The notes beneath the pieces were generated by a model. It made no database searches. It was given only the letters and a program-made list of their open reading frames with translations, and was not told the origin of the DNA. The translations under genes and the position numbers were made by a program. Below, piece after piece: positions 49,094 to 58,628 of a DNA stretch of 64,000 nt (the stretch's first letter is position 1; every line of letters begins with the position of its first letter). Origin of the DNA: a bacterium (lineage in GTDB: Bacteria > JAHJDO01); NCBI GenBank assembly GCA_030652805.1, contig JAUSPT010000032.1, forward strand, positions 109,992-173,991, in the 5' to 3' direction.

Positions 49094-49711
49094 TTAGAAT
49101 GGGAAACTGATTCCGATAATGATTTTGCTTGAATTAAGTGGTACGTTGGGTTGCTTCATGCCAGCGTTAGATATGTGATGAAATCTATATTCTAACACAA
49201 ATGAACGGCCTTTTCTGGTCTTGTAACTAAGTCCTAGTCCCGCTTGATAATTCCCGCAGATATTGGCGCCCATGCCAGGTATGTTCGCTTCCGTATAGAC
49301 AGGACCGCCGCCCACGAAGAAATATGGCATGTATCTTTGCGATGTCTTCAGCGTCCAGGATGAAAGAAAGTTCAAGCCAAAAATCCGGCCATCATCAGGC
49401 TTAATAAGATAAGACACAGGTAGTTCTATCAGGAAGTTATGACTTCCGCGGTACCAGTCACGTCCAGTATCTTTGAGTTTTCGCCTATATCGCAGAATTA
49501 CATCCACTGTCTCAACATGTTCACGAGTTTTGCCGAGTCCCGGATGCGTGGTACTGTAGCCGCTCAGCAACATCCATGATTCATCAGTTTGATCCGTATC
49601 GGCAAAGGCAACGTTAATTGCAACAACTGTGAACAGCAGTATCAGGCAGATTAATTTCATGGCGCACACCAAATCACTGAAGAGCATCTTTGTTCTGTTC
49701 ATTCTTCCCAT
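49094..49711 (-). CDS. PagL-like outer-membrane lipid deacylase / acyloxyacyl-hydrolase-family beta-barrel
   Basis: 205 aa; signal peptide; C-terminal Phe; HHISNAG (His/Ser pair as in PagL). Confidence 0.45.
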   Translation of the reverse strand: MGRMNRTKMLFSDLVCAMKLICLILLFTVVAINVAFADTDQTDESWMLLSGYSTTHPGLGKTREHVETVDVILRYRRKLKDTGRDWYRGSHNFLIELPVSYLIKPDDGRIFGLNFLSSWTLKTSQRYMPYFFVGGGPVYTEANIPGMGANICGNYQAGLGLSYKTRKGRSFVLEYRFHHISNAGMKQPNVPLNSSKIIIGISFPF

Positions 49712-50619
49712 ACATCACGAAATAAAAAATATTGATAAGGGTGTTTGTGTGTATATGCTTCAAGCAACGCGGCAAATTTTTGAACCCATTGCTGTAGTTG
49801 ATGGTGTTTATCCTTTTCACTAATATAGCATGGATACAGCACATTAGATACATCAACAATGTACTGATAAGTAGATACTTTCTCTGACAATAGAACAACC
49901 ACCGGACATCCTGCCGCTGCTGCAATTGTAAAGCCGCCGTATGGGAACCAGGCTTTCTCTCCAAGAAATGAAACTTCTACGGCTTTAAACCCATATCTGC
50001 GGTCACCCATAATGGACACAATATGTTTTTCCTTTAATTTATTCATGATTTCAACAATTCCACCAAGATCTTGTTCAGGAGAAATAATCTTGATATGGTT
50101 CTGTTCCCTGCTGATACGCAGTGAACTTTGCACTGCAGGGTTATCTTCCGGACGCATAACAAGATACACCGTTTTTTCCAGTTTTTTTAATGCTGTCATA
50201 GCGACCTGCCAGTTACCAACATGAGCAGTTAGTAAAATTATTCCATGAGGAGAATTCTGAATCAGGGACATCAATTGTTCATATCCATGTAATTGGATAT
50301 CAAATATTTCCTGCCCTGAAACAATAGCGTATCGATCAATAAGCTGTTTTCCCTGACTTACAAACAATCTATATACGTGTCTCAGCCTTTTTACAAAACC
50401 ATGTGATGGAAACCTTCTGTTAATATACGCCAAAGCTCCACAAACAGCTGCTTGGTCAAACAGCACATAATAGATACAGACAATATATAATAATCCATAC
50501 GCTCCTCTTAACCCAAAAAAGCGCAGAGAAATCCTAAAAAACCAGAATCCAAGGGCATTCCCTCTTTTTTTTGCTTCAATTTTTCGAGATGCTTTAGCTT
50601 TTTTCATTTTTACCATCAA
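49699..50619 (-). CDS. LpxL/HtrB-family (lysophospholipid acyltransferase superfamily) acyltransferase
   Basis: 306 aa; N-terminal membrane anchor; LPLAT-type fold pattern; first gene of the cluster. Confidence 0.6.
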   Translation of the reverse strand: MMVKMKKAKASRKIEAKKRGNALGFWFFRISLRFFGLRGAYGLLYIVCIYYVLFDQAAVCGALAYINRRFPSHGFVKRLRHVYRLFVSQGKQLIDRYAIVSGQEIFDIQLHGYEQLMSLIQNSPHGIILLTAHVGNWQVAMTALKKLEKTVYLVMRPEDNPAVQSSLRISREQNHIKIISPEQDLGGIVEIMNKLKEKHIVSIMGDRRYGFKAVEVSFLGEKAWFPYGGFTIAAAAGCPVVVLLSEKVSTYQYIVDVSNVLYPCYISEKDKHHQLQQWVQKFAALLEAYTHKHPYQYFLFRDVWEE

Positions 50620-50755
50620 CTTTTTTTGCGTTCAAGTCTGTTTTTTCTATGTAAAGATTATCAAGCGGGCTTTTGACCCCAAACTGATATAATAAGCATA
50701 ACTACACAAAGTGGCAAAATCAAGCCTAAAACTCGTATTTTCGCACAAAAATCCT

Positions 50756-50809
50756 TTGACACATATAAAATTATTCGCTATCTTGAACACAATAAAGGTA
50801 ACTGTTCAA
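50756..50809 (+). promoter_or_regulatory. candidate hcp promoter with overlapping 7-13-7 palindromic operator
   Basis: TTGACA (50756-50761), 17-nt spacer, TATCTT (50779-50784). TTGAACA (50783-50789) / TGTTCAA (50803-50809) inverted repeat overlaps the -10 and +1 region. AGGAGG RBS lies before the ATG at 50859. Confidence 0.35.
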
Positions 50810-50858
50810 TGATGTACGTTATATATGGCTTAACACAAAATCGAAAGGAGGAACGATC

Positions 50859-52502
50859 ATGTTTTGTTTTCAATGTCAGGAAACGGCTAAAAACCAAGGC
50901 TGCACCGTAAAAGGCGTGTGCGGAAAACCCGAGGAGACCGCGGACCTGCAGGATCTGCTCATTTACGTGTGTAAAGGAATCTCGATCTATGGTGAAAAGT
51001 TAAAGGAAATGGGCACTATGGGCAAGAACGCAGCCCACTTCGTGTGCAAGGCACTTTTTACCACCATCACCAATGTGGCATGGGACGATGATGTCGTCAT
51101 CGGCCGGATCAAGGAGGGTTTCAGGGTTCGGGACGCAGTCAGGGAAAAGGCCGGAGCCGCCATGTCCGGCGCGCTTCCGGATTGCGCCACCTGGTTCTCA
51201 GAGGACAAGGAGGCCATCATGGCCAAGGCCATGTCCGATGAAGTGCGCATCACCACCGCTGAAAACGAGGACGTGCGCTCCCTCAGAGAGCTGCTCATCA
51301 TCGGCTGCAAGGGAATCGCAGCTTATGCCGATCATGCCGCGATTCTTGGTCATGAGAAGGATGATATCTACGGCTTCCTCATGGAGGCCCTGGCATCCAC
51401 CACCAAGGATCTTTCAACGGATGAGATGATCGCCATGGTCATGAAGGCAGGGGAGATGGCTGTAAATACTATGGCCCTTCTGGATGAGGCCAATACAACT
51501 GCCTATGGCAATCCCGAGATCACGGAGGTCAACATCGGCGTCAGAAACAATCCCGGAATCCTGATCTCCGGCCACGACTTGAAAGACATGGAAGAACTGC
51601 TCAGGCAAACCAAAGACGGGTGTGATGTTTACACCCACGGGGAAATGCTGCCGGCCAACTACTATCCGGCCTTTAAGAAGTATGACCATTTCGTGGGCAA
51701 CTACGGCGGGTCGTGGTGGCATCAGAACAAGGAATTCGAATCCTTTAACGGCCCCATCATTCTGACAACCAACTGCCTGATTCCCATCAAAAAGGAAAAC
51801 ACCTATCTGAAACGGCTCTTTACTACCGGCGTCGTCAACTATCCCGGGGCCAAACACATCGCGGACAGGCCGGAAGGCGGGACAAAGGATTTCTCCCCGG
51901 TCGTGGCGCTGGCGAAAACATGCAAGTCACCGGAAGAGATAGAATCTGGCAAGATCGTTGGTGGGTTCGCCCATAACCAGGTCCTGGCCCTGGCTGACAA
52001 AGTGATCGACGCCGTTAAGTCAGGAGCCATCAAACGCTTTGTTGTCATGGCCGGGTGCGACGGCCGCCAAAAAGCCCGAAGTTATTTTACTGAAGTGGCC
52101 GAGAAGCTGCCCGAAGACACGGTAATTCTCACCGCCGGATGCGCCAAATACCGCTACAACAAGCTGGCACTGGGTGACATCGGCGGTATTCCCCGCGTGC
52201 TGGACGCCGGTCAGTGCAACGACTCCTACTCCCTGGCGGTGATCGCCTTGAAACTCAAGGAAGCATTCGGACTGAACGACATCAATGAGCTACCCGTCTC
52301 TTACGACATCGCCTGGTACGAGCAAAAAGCAGTGACCGTGTTGCTGGCCCTGCTGTTTCTCGGCGTCAAAGGAATTCGCCTGGGTCCCACATTGCCGGCC
52401 TTCCTGTCTCCCAATGTGGCCAAGGTCCTGGTGGAAAAATTCGACATCAAACCTATTGGAACCGTGCAGGATGATATTGTGGCAATGATGAAAGGAGAAT
52501 AA
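50859..52502 (+). CDS. hcp: hybrid cluster protein / hydroxylamine reductase
   Basis: 547 aa; N-terminal Cys cluster [23 protein letters not shown]; GC about 55%, far above the window background. Confidence 0.9.
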   Translation: MFCFQCQETAKNQGCTVKGVCGKPEETADLQDLLIYVCKGISIYGEKLKEMGTMGKNAAHFVCKALFTTITNVAWDDDVVIGRIKEGFRVRDAVREKAGAAMSGALPDCATWFSEDKEAIMAKAMSDEVRITTAENEDVRSLRELLIIGCKGIAAYADHAAILGHEKDDIYGFLMEALASTTKDLSTDEMIAMVMKAGEMAVNTMALLDEANTTAYGNPEITEVNIGVRNNPGILISGHDLKDMEELLRQTKDGCDVYTHGEMLPANYYPAFKKYDHFVGNYGGSWWHQNKEFESFNGPIILTTNCLIPIKKENTYLKRLFTTGVVNYPGAKHIADRPEGGTKDFSPVVALAKTCKSPEEIESGKIVGGFAHNQVLALADKVIDAVKSGAIKRFVVMAGCDGRQKARSYFTEVAEKLPEDTVILTAGCAKYRYNKLALGDIGGIPRVLDAGQCNDSYSLAVIALKLKEAFGLNDINELPVSYDIAWYEQKAVTVLLALLFLGVKGIRLGPTLPAFLSPNVAKVLVEKFDIKPIGTVQDDIVAMMKGE

Positions 52503-52540
52503 TACGGTTTGAATGAAAAATACGATATAACAAGGCGCTC

Positions 52541-52602
52541 CACCGGACGGCAATTCCGCTGCGCTCCATTGCCGCCGGTGAGCTTGGTCGTTCTACTTTT
52601 TT
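52541..52602 (+). terminator. candidate hcp terminator (GC-rich 13-bp bulged stem, T-run 16 nt downstream)
   Basis: CACCGGACGGCAAT (52541-52554) pairs with ATTGCCGCCGGTG (52568-52580) around a 13-nt loop; TTTTTT at 52597-52602. The T-run is not immediately adjacent, so this is only partly canonical. Confidence 0.3.
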
Positions 52603-52777
52603 CACATAGAAATCTTAACAGATTATTTTTCTCTTTTCAATTGCCTAAGAACCAGGTTGGTTCAAAAGAACCAAATTGGTTCAAATAGGAAATAAACAAA
52701 GTAGCTCGCTTATTTCAACTTGATATTGTTGAAGCTTTTCTTTAAAGTAATATCTAATTTTACTATAAAGATAGAAG

Positions 52778-54367
52778 ATGATACAGGCGAATAATCAAGT
52801 TCCGGACAGGTGTGATGTTGTAGTCATCGGAGCAGGGGCAGGTGGACTCACCGCAGCAGGGCTTCTCTCAAGGGTTGGTCTTCAAACAGTAGTTCTTGAG
52901 ACTCAGCCACAGCCGGGGGGATACCTGGCAGGTTTTCAGCGACAGGGCTTTCAGTTCAACACTTCCATCCAATGGCTCAATCAATGCGGTCCCGGCGGAT
53001 TCGTCTACAACATCTGGCGTCATTTAGGCGGCGAGTTTCCAACCTGCGCACCGTTGACTCGCATACACAGATATAAAAGCGATTCGTTCGACTATTTGCT
53101 GAGTTCCAATCCTATCGACTTACAGGATTGCCTTATCAAGGACTTTCCTGATGATGAGAGCGGTATCAGAGCTTTTTTCAAGGATGGGGAAAGACTTGGA
53201 CAGCGGCTGAATGTCCTGAACAGCAGGACAATGGCGAAAGAGACCATGCCATTCTTTGAAAGAGTTATTCGCAACTTACAAATGCTGTTTTGGGCAATTC
53301 CTGTCGCTAAATACGTGATGAGCCCTGTCGAGAAAGGGCTGCGCCGCTATTTCAGTACGGAGGGTGCTCAAAAGATATTCTGCAGTCAAGAATCCTTTAT
53401 GTCCGTTATGGTGCCTATCGCTTGGGCATTCGCCGGAAATTTTCAAACTTGTCCCAAAGGAGGAAGTCGCACACTGGCTTTATGGCTGTGTGAGAGAATC
53501 AGATCTGCCGGGTCGAAAGTATTGCTGAACCAGCACGTGGAAAGAGTGCTGTTAAACGCTAGAAAAGAAGCGACCGGTGTATTACTGGCAGACGGAAGTT
53601 CTCTGAGAGCTCGATACGTGATTGCAGCCTGCGACGTACAGATGCTCTATGAAAAGATGCTGCCGGACGGCTGTATTCCGGTACGGATGCGAAAAGCACT
53701 GCATAATGCCGATATTTATCATTCCAGCTTCAGCATATTTCTGGGACTGGATTGCGATGCTTCTTCTTTGGGATTCGGAGAAGAAGTATTGAATCTCACT
53801 AGGAGCGATGTATCACGTGAAGATCACATGAGTGGTGACCCACATCGCACGATCATGGTCGTCATCGCGCCTTCAGTTCGTGATTCTTCTCTGGCACCGG
53901 AAGGCAAGGGAACCCTTATGATACATTGTCCGGCGTATCTCGATTACGAAGACAATTGGAGAACCGGCAAGGGGCTGGCGAGGGGCGAGCCCTACAGAGC
54001 ATTGAAAAGAAAGTTTGCCGACATCCTGCTGGCCCGGATTGAGAAAACCTTCGCTCCCGGGCTGAGGAAGCACATAGAGGTGATGGAGATTGCAACACCT
54101 GTAACATACTGGCGATATACGGGCAACACCAAGGGAAGCATTTCAGGGATTAAACCAACGGGAAGAAATATCAGAATCAGTGTAGCACGTTACAAAACGC
54201 CTGTGAAGAATTTATTGTTGGGAGGTCATTGTGCAGAATACGGCGGGGGTGTTCCAATGGCTGTAAAGGCCGGTGCGAATGCTAGTCTCATCGTCATGAA
54301 AGACATGAAAAGAGCGGCTTACGATGAACTGAAAGACGTAATAAACGGCGTAGAAAGGCACCACTGA
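52778..54367 (+). CDS. phytoene-desaturase-like (CrtI/COG1233) FAD/NAD(P)-binding oxidoreductase
   Basis: 529 aa; N-terminal VVVIGAGAGGLTAAGLLSRVGLQTVVLE dinucleotide-binding motif; moderately GC-rich. Confidence 0.65.
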   Translation: MIQANNQVPDRCDVVVIGAGAGGLTAAGLLSRVGLQTVVLETQPQPGGYLAGFQRQGFQFNTSIQWLNQCGPGGFVYNIWRHLGGEFPTCAPLTRIHRYKSDSFDYLLSSNPIDLQDCLIKDFPDDESGIRAFFKDGERLGQRLNVLNSRTMAKETMPFFERVIRNLQMLFWAIPVAKYVMSPVEKGLRRYFSTEGAQKIFCSQESFMSVMVPIAWAFAGNFQTCPKGGSRTLALWLCERIRSAGSKVLLNQHVERVLLNARKEATGVLLADGSSLRARYVIAACDVQMLYEKMLPDGCIPVRMRKALHNADIYHSSFSIFLGLDCDASSLGFGEEVLNLTRSDVSREDHMSGDPHRTIMVVIAPSVRDSSLAPEGKGTLMIHCPAYLDYEDNWRTGKGLARGEPYRALKRKFADILLARIEKTFAPGLRKHIEVMEIATPVTYWRYTGNTKGSISGIKPTGRNIRISVARYKTPVKNLLLGGHCAEYGGGVPMAVKAGANASLIVMKDMKRAAYDELKDVINGVERHH

Positions 54368-54463
54368 AAGCAGAGAAAACGTTTCAGCCAAAGCAGATGG
54401 TAATTTCTTGTGAATCATCAGGGTTTATGGTAACATGTTTTTACAGCATGAGAAGGAGATGTT

Positions 54464-54646
54464 ATGTCTATACTACAGGTAGATAATAGTAGTGAAAAAA
54501 GAGAAATGGAGTTTGAACTGGACTACTTGAAAAAGCTCTCTATTGGTGAACGAATGCAAATGATGCTTCAAAAATCTAAAGAGATGGCAAAAATTCTTAG
54601 AAGAAATGAAGATAGAAAAACTACTTTCATTACTCAGAGACAATAA
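54464..54646 (+). CDS. small hypothetical protein (candidate antitoxin-like partner of the downstream nucleotidyltransferase)
   Basis: 60 aa; overlaps the next ORF by 41 nt, a typical two-gene module layout. Confidence 0.2.
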   Translation: MSILQVDNSSEKREMEFELDYLKKLSIGERMQMMLQKSKEMAKILRRNEDRKTTFITQRQ

Positions 54647-55055
54647 GGTAGAATTTGTCCTGATTGGCGCAGTCACCTTCCCTGTCTATGGTTACTCAAG
54701 ATCCACATTAGATACTGATATCTTTATAAGACCAACAATCGAGAATGCAAAAAACACACTGATAAGCCTGGAAGAATTTGGTTATGATGTGTCATGCTTA
54801 ACTCCTGAATCGCTTCTGAAGAAAAAAACTCTTATCCGTCAATATATTGTGGAAACAGACATTCATCCATTTGTCAAAGGTATTTCATTTGAAGAGGTTT
54901 GGGAGAATAAAGTTGAGAACTTCTTTGGTAAACAGAAAGTTTATTTTGCTTCTCTAGAAGATATTATAAAAATGAAGAAAGCTGCTGGAAGAGTTAAAGA
55001 TAGAGAAGATTTGAAAGTCCTCAAAAGATTATTAAAGCAAGAAAGACCTAATTAG
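54606..55055 (+). CDS. nucleotidyltransferase-fold protein (MNT/AbiEii-like)
   Basis: 149 aa; NTase motif LIGAVTFPVYGYSRSTLDTDIFI (G[SA]…DxD); C-terminal GRVKDREDLKVL motif. Confidence 0.45.
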   Translation: MKIEKLLSLLRDNKVEFVLIGAVTFPVYGYSRSTLDTDIFIRPTIENAKNTLISLEEFGYDVSCLTPESLLKKKTLIRQYIVETDIHPFVKGISFEEVWENKVENFFGKQKVYFASLEDIIKMKKAAGRVKDREDLKVLKRLLKQERPN

Positions 55056-55197
55056 CAGTTTCTATTCTGTAATTCCTACAATAACTACTAATATCGGCGC
55101 AGCAATAAGAGAATAAAAGAGGGCTCAAATCTTTTTTTGCATGTATTTGCAAAATATTGCTTGTATTTGCTTAATTTTTCTGCTAGAATCTTGAATT

Positions 55198-55479
55198 ATG
55201 AATAAAGAGATTATGAGTATAGTTGGGATTTCAAGATATCTCGGATTTAGCCAGAGAAAAATTTATCAGTTAATAAAAGAAGGGAAGATTCCTGTCTCAA
55301 AAATCGGCGGGCAGTATCGCTTTATAAAAGATGAAATATATTTGTGGCTGAGAAGATCCAAACCTACAAATAAGTTAAATAACATTGATTTAGTAAATAA
55401 AATAAAAAAAGCCTGTGAGGAAAAGACAGCTGACGAACTGAATAATATTCTGAAGGAAATTTCCAATGAGAAGACATAA
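55198..55479 (+). CDS. HTH_17 / excisionase-family DNA-binding protein
   Basis: ISRYLGFSQRKIYQLIKEGKIPVSKIGGQYRF matches the excisionase-type HTH. Confidence 0.55.
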   Translation: MNKEIMSIVGISRYLGFSQRKIYQLIKEGKIPVSKIGGQYRFIKDEIYLWLRRSKPTNKLNNIDLVNKIKKACEEKTADELNNILKEISNEKT

Positions 55480-56461
55480 AAAAATAGGACTTGCCCTGGG
55501 AGGCGGGGCTGCAAGAGGTCTGGCCCACATTGGAGTTCTGAAAGCTTTAGTGGAAAACAATGTTCCTGTCGACATGATAGCTGGAACAAGCATTGGAGCA
55601 TTAGTGGGCGCCTGTTTCGCTAAAGATGGCGAAATAAATACTCTTGAAGAAATCGTATTAAACATAGATTGGAGACAATTAGCTCTTTTACTTGATCCGA
55701 ATTTAGCTCTATTGAAAAAAGGATTTATTCACGGAGAAAAGATTAAAGAGCTTCTGTGTTCCATTATCGGAGACATAGAATTCAAGGATTTAAAAATTCC
55801 ATTTAGAGTCATAGCCACTGATGTCATTACAGGGGAAGAAGTAGTGATTGACAGCGGTTCTGTAGCTGAAGCTGTAAGAGCAAGTATTTCAATTCCTGTG
55901 TTGTTTACGCCTGTAAAATTTGAAAACAAGTTTTTAGTAGATGGAGGCATAGTAAATCCTGTTCCTGTAAATATAGTAAGAAATATGGGAGCAGAATTTA
56001 TTATTGCCTGTAATGTAATACCTGAGCCGCAAAAAAGAGGACATATTACTTCTGAGGTAATTAATAAACAACCTCTTACTCTGCCCCAACATTCCCGAAA
56101 TCACACGATAAGCAAATCCCTTGCAAAATTAAATAATAAAATAGATAAGCTTATTAAGGCAAATAAAGATAGGATAGAAACCATCCGTGAATTTACTTCT
56201 ATATTAAAAAATAAAATATATAAAGGGCAACAAGTAGATTCAAACACTCCCAATATAATTGATGTTTTAATACACTCATTCTATATTATGGAGCATAAAA
56301 TAGCTGCTTCAAACTTAAAGAAAGCTGACATAATAATTAATCCTGAGGTGAATCATATCTCCACCTTGGAATTTCACAAAGGAGCAGAAGCTATATCAGA
56401 AGGTTATAAATCAGTATTAGATATGTTACCAAAGATCAAAAAAAAAGCTAATATATGTTAA
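55466..56461 (+). CDS. patatin-like phospholipase
   Basis: GGGAARG oxyanion motif; GTSIG nucleophile elbow; VDGG catalytic Asp. Confidence 0.85.
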   Translation: MRRHKKIGLALGGGAARGLAHIGVLKALVENNVPVDMIAGTSIGALVGACFAKDGEINTLEEIVLNIDWRQLALLLDPNLALLKKGFIHGEKIKELLCSIIGDIEFKDLKIPFRVIATDVITGEEVVIDSGSVAEAVRASISIPVLFTPVKFENKFLVDGGIVNPVPVNIVRNMGAEFIIACNVIPEPQKRGHITSEVINKQPLTLPQHSRNHTISKSLAKLNNKIDKLIKANKDRIETIREFTSILKNKIYKGQQVDSNTPNIIDVLIHSFYIMEHKIAASNLKKADIIINPEVNHISTLEFHKGAEAISEGYKSVLDMLPKIKKKANIC

Positions 56462-57615
56462 AAAAAATCTTCGTATTCGTTTTATTGTGTGTATTTCTTA
56501 CAGGTTGCATCACTTCCTTAAGACTTACCAGAAAAGAAAGTAAAAATAATAATATTCTTGAGGAGTTTGGAATAAAGTATAAACCAGATTATATAATATC
56601 CTCTTTTCTTTATAAAGACCCTCCTAAGATTGTGGCAATACTTCCATTCGAAAATATTACAAGAGAAATAAAGAAAGATGGAAACATTCAAACAAAAAAT
56701 AACAATCTACCAAAAGATATAGCTGACCTCCTAAGAGATACATTCTTCAGACACATAAGTACAAAATCCTATACATATATGAAACTTAAAAAGAGTGATG
56801 CTTTACTTAAAGAACAAGGCTTGTTAAATCCTGAAAAAACCTTGCCTGCTGATGCCCTGATCTACGGAAAGGTTACCCATTACAGAAAATTTTATGGGGT
56901 AATTTATTCCCAGGTAGGTATTGGGGTTTCTGTAAAAATGGTTGATTCACACACAGGCAACTTATTATGGCAGGCAAGCGGTATATCTACAAGTCATGAA
57001 GGCAGACTATATCTATCTCCACAGGACTTAGTGATGGGAAGTCTTAAAGCGGCTTTGCATATGAGAAAGACATGGATATATCGGGTTTCTGATCAGCTTT
57101 TTAGAGATATATCCATAACCTTGCCGGATGTAGGAACTCCTGTGATTCCCACAGTTATCATAAATAATAAAACTGCTTCAATTTACTCCGAACCATCAAG
57201 GAATGCTGAAATTATCGCAAGCGCGTCCAGAAAAACAAAATTTGATATGATCAGCAGACTGGATGACTGGTATTTTATAAAAATCGCTGAAGATAAGGAG
57301 TTGCAACCTCCTAGGTTTGGATGGATATATAAAGAGGATGTTGTTTCTCATTTTATCAAGATTGAAACAGCAAAAAAATTGCAGCGTCTTAGCAAAAAAC
57401 AAGCTGCTCTTTACCCAAAAGAACATATTAATACAGAAAAATACCCTGCCAGATACTATATGGTTAAAAAAGGAGATACATTACACAGCATAGCCGGAAA
57501 TCCTGATATATATGGAGACAGAGCAAAATGGAAACTAATCTATGATGCAAACAGGGAAAGAGTGCCGCAAATTAAGCTCTTAAATCCAGGCCAGATTTTA
57601 ATAATTCCTCACTGA
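56455..57615 (+). CDS. lipoprotein with SH3b-like and C-terminal LysM domain
   Basis: Lipobox LLCVFLTGC; LysM (YYMVKKGDTLHSIAG…LLNPGQILIIP). Confidence 0.55.
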   Translation: MLKKIFVFVLLCVFLTGCITSLRLTRKESKNNNILEEFGIKYKPDYIISSFLYKDPPKIVAILPFENITREIKKDGNIQTKNNNLPKDIADLLRDTFFRHISTKSYTYMKLKKSDALLKEQGLLNPEKTLPADALIYGKVTHYRKFYGVIYSQVGIGVSVKMVDSHTGNLLWQASGISTSHEGRLYLSPQDLVMGSLKAALHMRKTWIYRVSDQLFRDISITLPDVGTPVIPTVIINNKTASIYSEPSRNAEIIASASRKTKFDMISRLDDWYFIKIAEDKELQPPRFGWIYKEDVVSHFIKIETAKKLQRLSKKQAALYPKEHINTEKYPARYYMVKKGDTLHSIAGNPDIYGDRAKWKLIYDANRERVPQIKLLNPGQILIIPH

Positions 57616-57623
57616 TATTATAG

Positions 57624-58613
57624 TTATTTTTCAACTATAGTTTCTTCAATCTTCATTCCAAAATGCCTGCCAGACTTTTCTATGTGCCCGAGCACTTCAT
57701 CTCCGGGCTTCAAGCTGACGACAGAAACTGGTTTTCCTTCCGGAGTTACTAATCTTATTGTTTCTGCATTTTGCAATACAAGTGACACTTCCTGTTTGTT
57801 GCAGGTTCCTTCTACAAGAAGCATAGGCCTTTTCTCAATCTTTATTCTGCCAACAATCACCTCTTGTGTCTTTCCTTCCCAGTTTACAATCAGTGCCTTA
57901 TCCCCTGCTTTAAGATCCGAAAGATATCGTGTTTTTCCATCTGTAACCATCACATATGCATGCACTCCTCCTGCATTTACACGAAAAGGTCTTTGATCAA
58001 CATACGGATTTTCTACTGATTCTGAATGCAAAAGAAACATGCTCGAGCTTGTATTACCAACCAGCATTCCTTCTCCAATAGTCATATTAGTACAGGTATC
58101 TACACAAACCCTATCTCCAACGCCTAATGACTTTACAGACTTGATCTTTATTTTTTTAATAGATAGCAAGACACTTTCTATTTTTAGCTGTTTAATCACT
58201 TTTCTTAATTCAGCAGGATTTTTTATATCCAATAAAACACCATCTACCCCTTTCTCAAGGGTATTCAAGGCTGCTTCTGCTTCTTGTAAATTCTTAACTT
58301 CTGCTATTAACCCTTTTGTTTGGGCAATAAGATTTTCCAGAGGGATAATCTTCCAGTCATGCGTCTTAATAACTATCCATTTGTTATGTATCGTTGCTGC
58401 TTTGATTTCATCCTCTTTTTTCTTAATTTCTATTTGCGCAACATCCTTGTCTATTTGCAGATCTCCATCCTCAGAAACAGTTTGTATTTTTCCCAGTTCC
58501 TTTACCTTCCCGTTAAATCCTTTATCAACAACAACAAAATCTGCTCCACATTCCAGAGCTGCAACAACGATCTCTTTATTCCACGGTCTCGCATTAACCC
58601 AAACTTGTTTCAC
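57624..58613 (-). CDS. 3-dehydroquinate synthase type II (archaeal-type AroB')
   Basis: 329 aa; family-level resemblance; co-located and co-oriented with the DhnA-type aldolase, as in archaeal aroA'-aroB' pairs. Confidence 0.6.
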   Translation of the reverse strand: MKQVWVNARPWNKEIVVAALECGADFVVVDKGFNGKVKELGKIQTVSEDGDLQIDKDVAQIEIKKKEDEIKAATIHNKWIVIKTHDWKIIPLENLIAQTKGLIAEVKNLQEAEAALNTLEKGVDGVLLDIKNPAELRKVIKQLKIESVLLSIKKIKIKSVKSLGVGDRVCVDTCTNMTIGEGMLVGNTSSSMFLLHSESVENPYVDQRPFRVNAGGVHAYVMVTDGKTRYLSDLKAGDKALIVNWEGKTQEVIVGRIKIEKRPMLLVEGTCNKQEVSLVLQNAETIRLVTPEGKPVSVVSLKPGDEVLGHIEKSGRHFGMKIEETIVEK

Positions 58614-58628
58614 TATTTATCATCCTTA

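Noticed and set aside
49629-49964. Small ORFs (64 aa, 96 aa) at the PagL-like / LpxL-like gene junction
   Set aside because: They overlap the two better-supported minus-strand genes. The 13-nt overlap between those two genes is normal translational coupling.
50987-52553. Multiple 60-147-aa ORFs on both strands inside hcp (e.g. 51073-51429 +, 51414-51857 -, 52290-52553 -)
   Set aside because: High GC content suppresses stop codons. They overlap a confidently assigned hcp CDS, and their translations are rich in Arg, Pro and Ala, which is typical of off-frame GC-rich artefacts.
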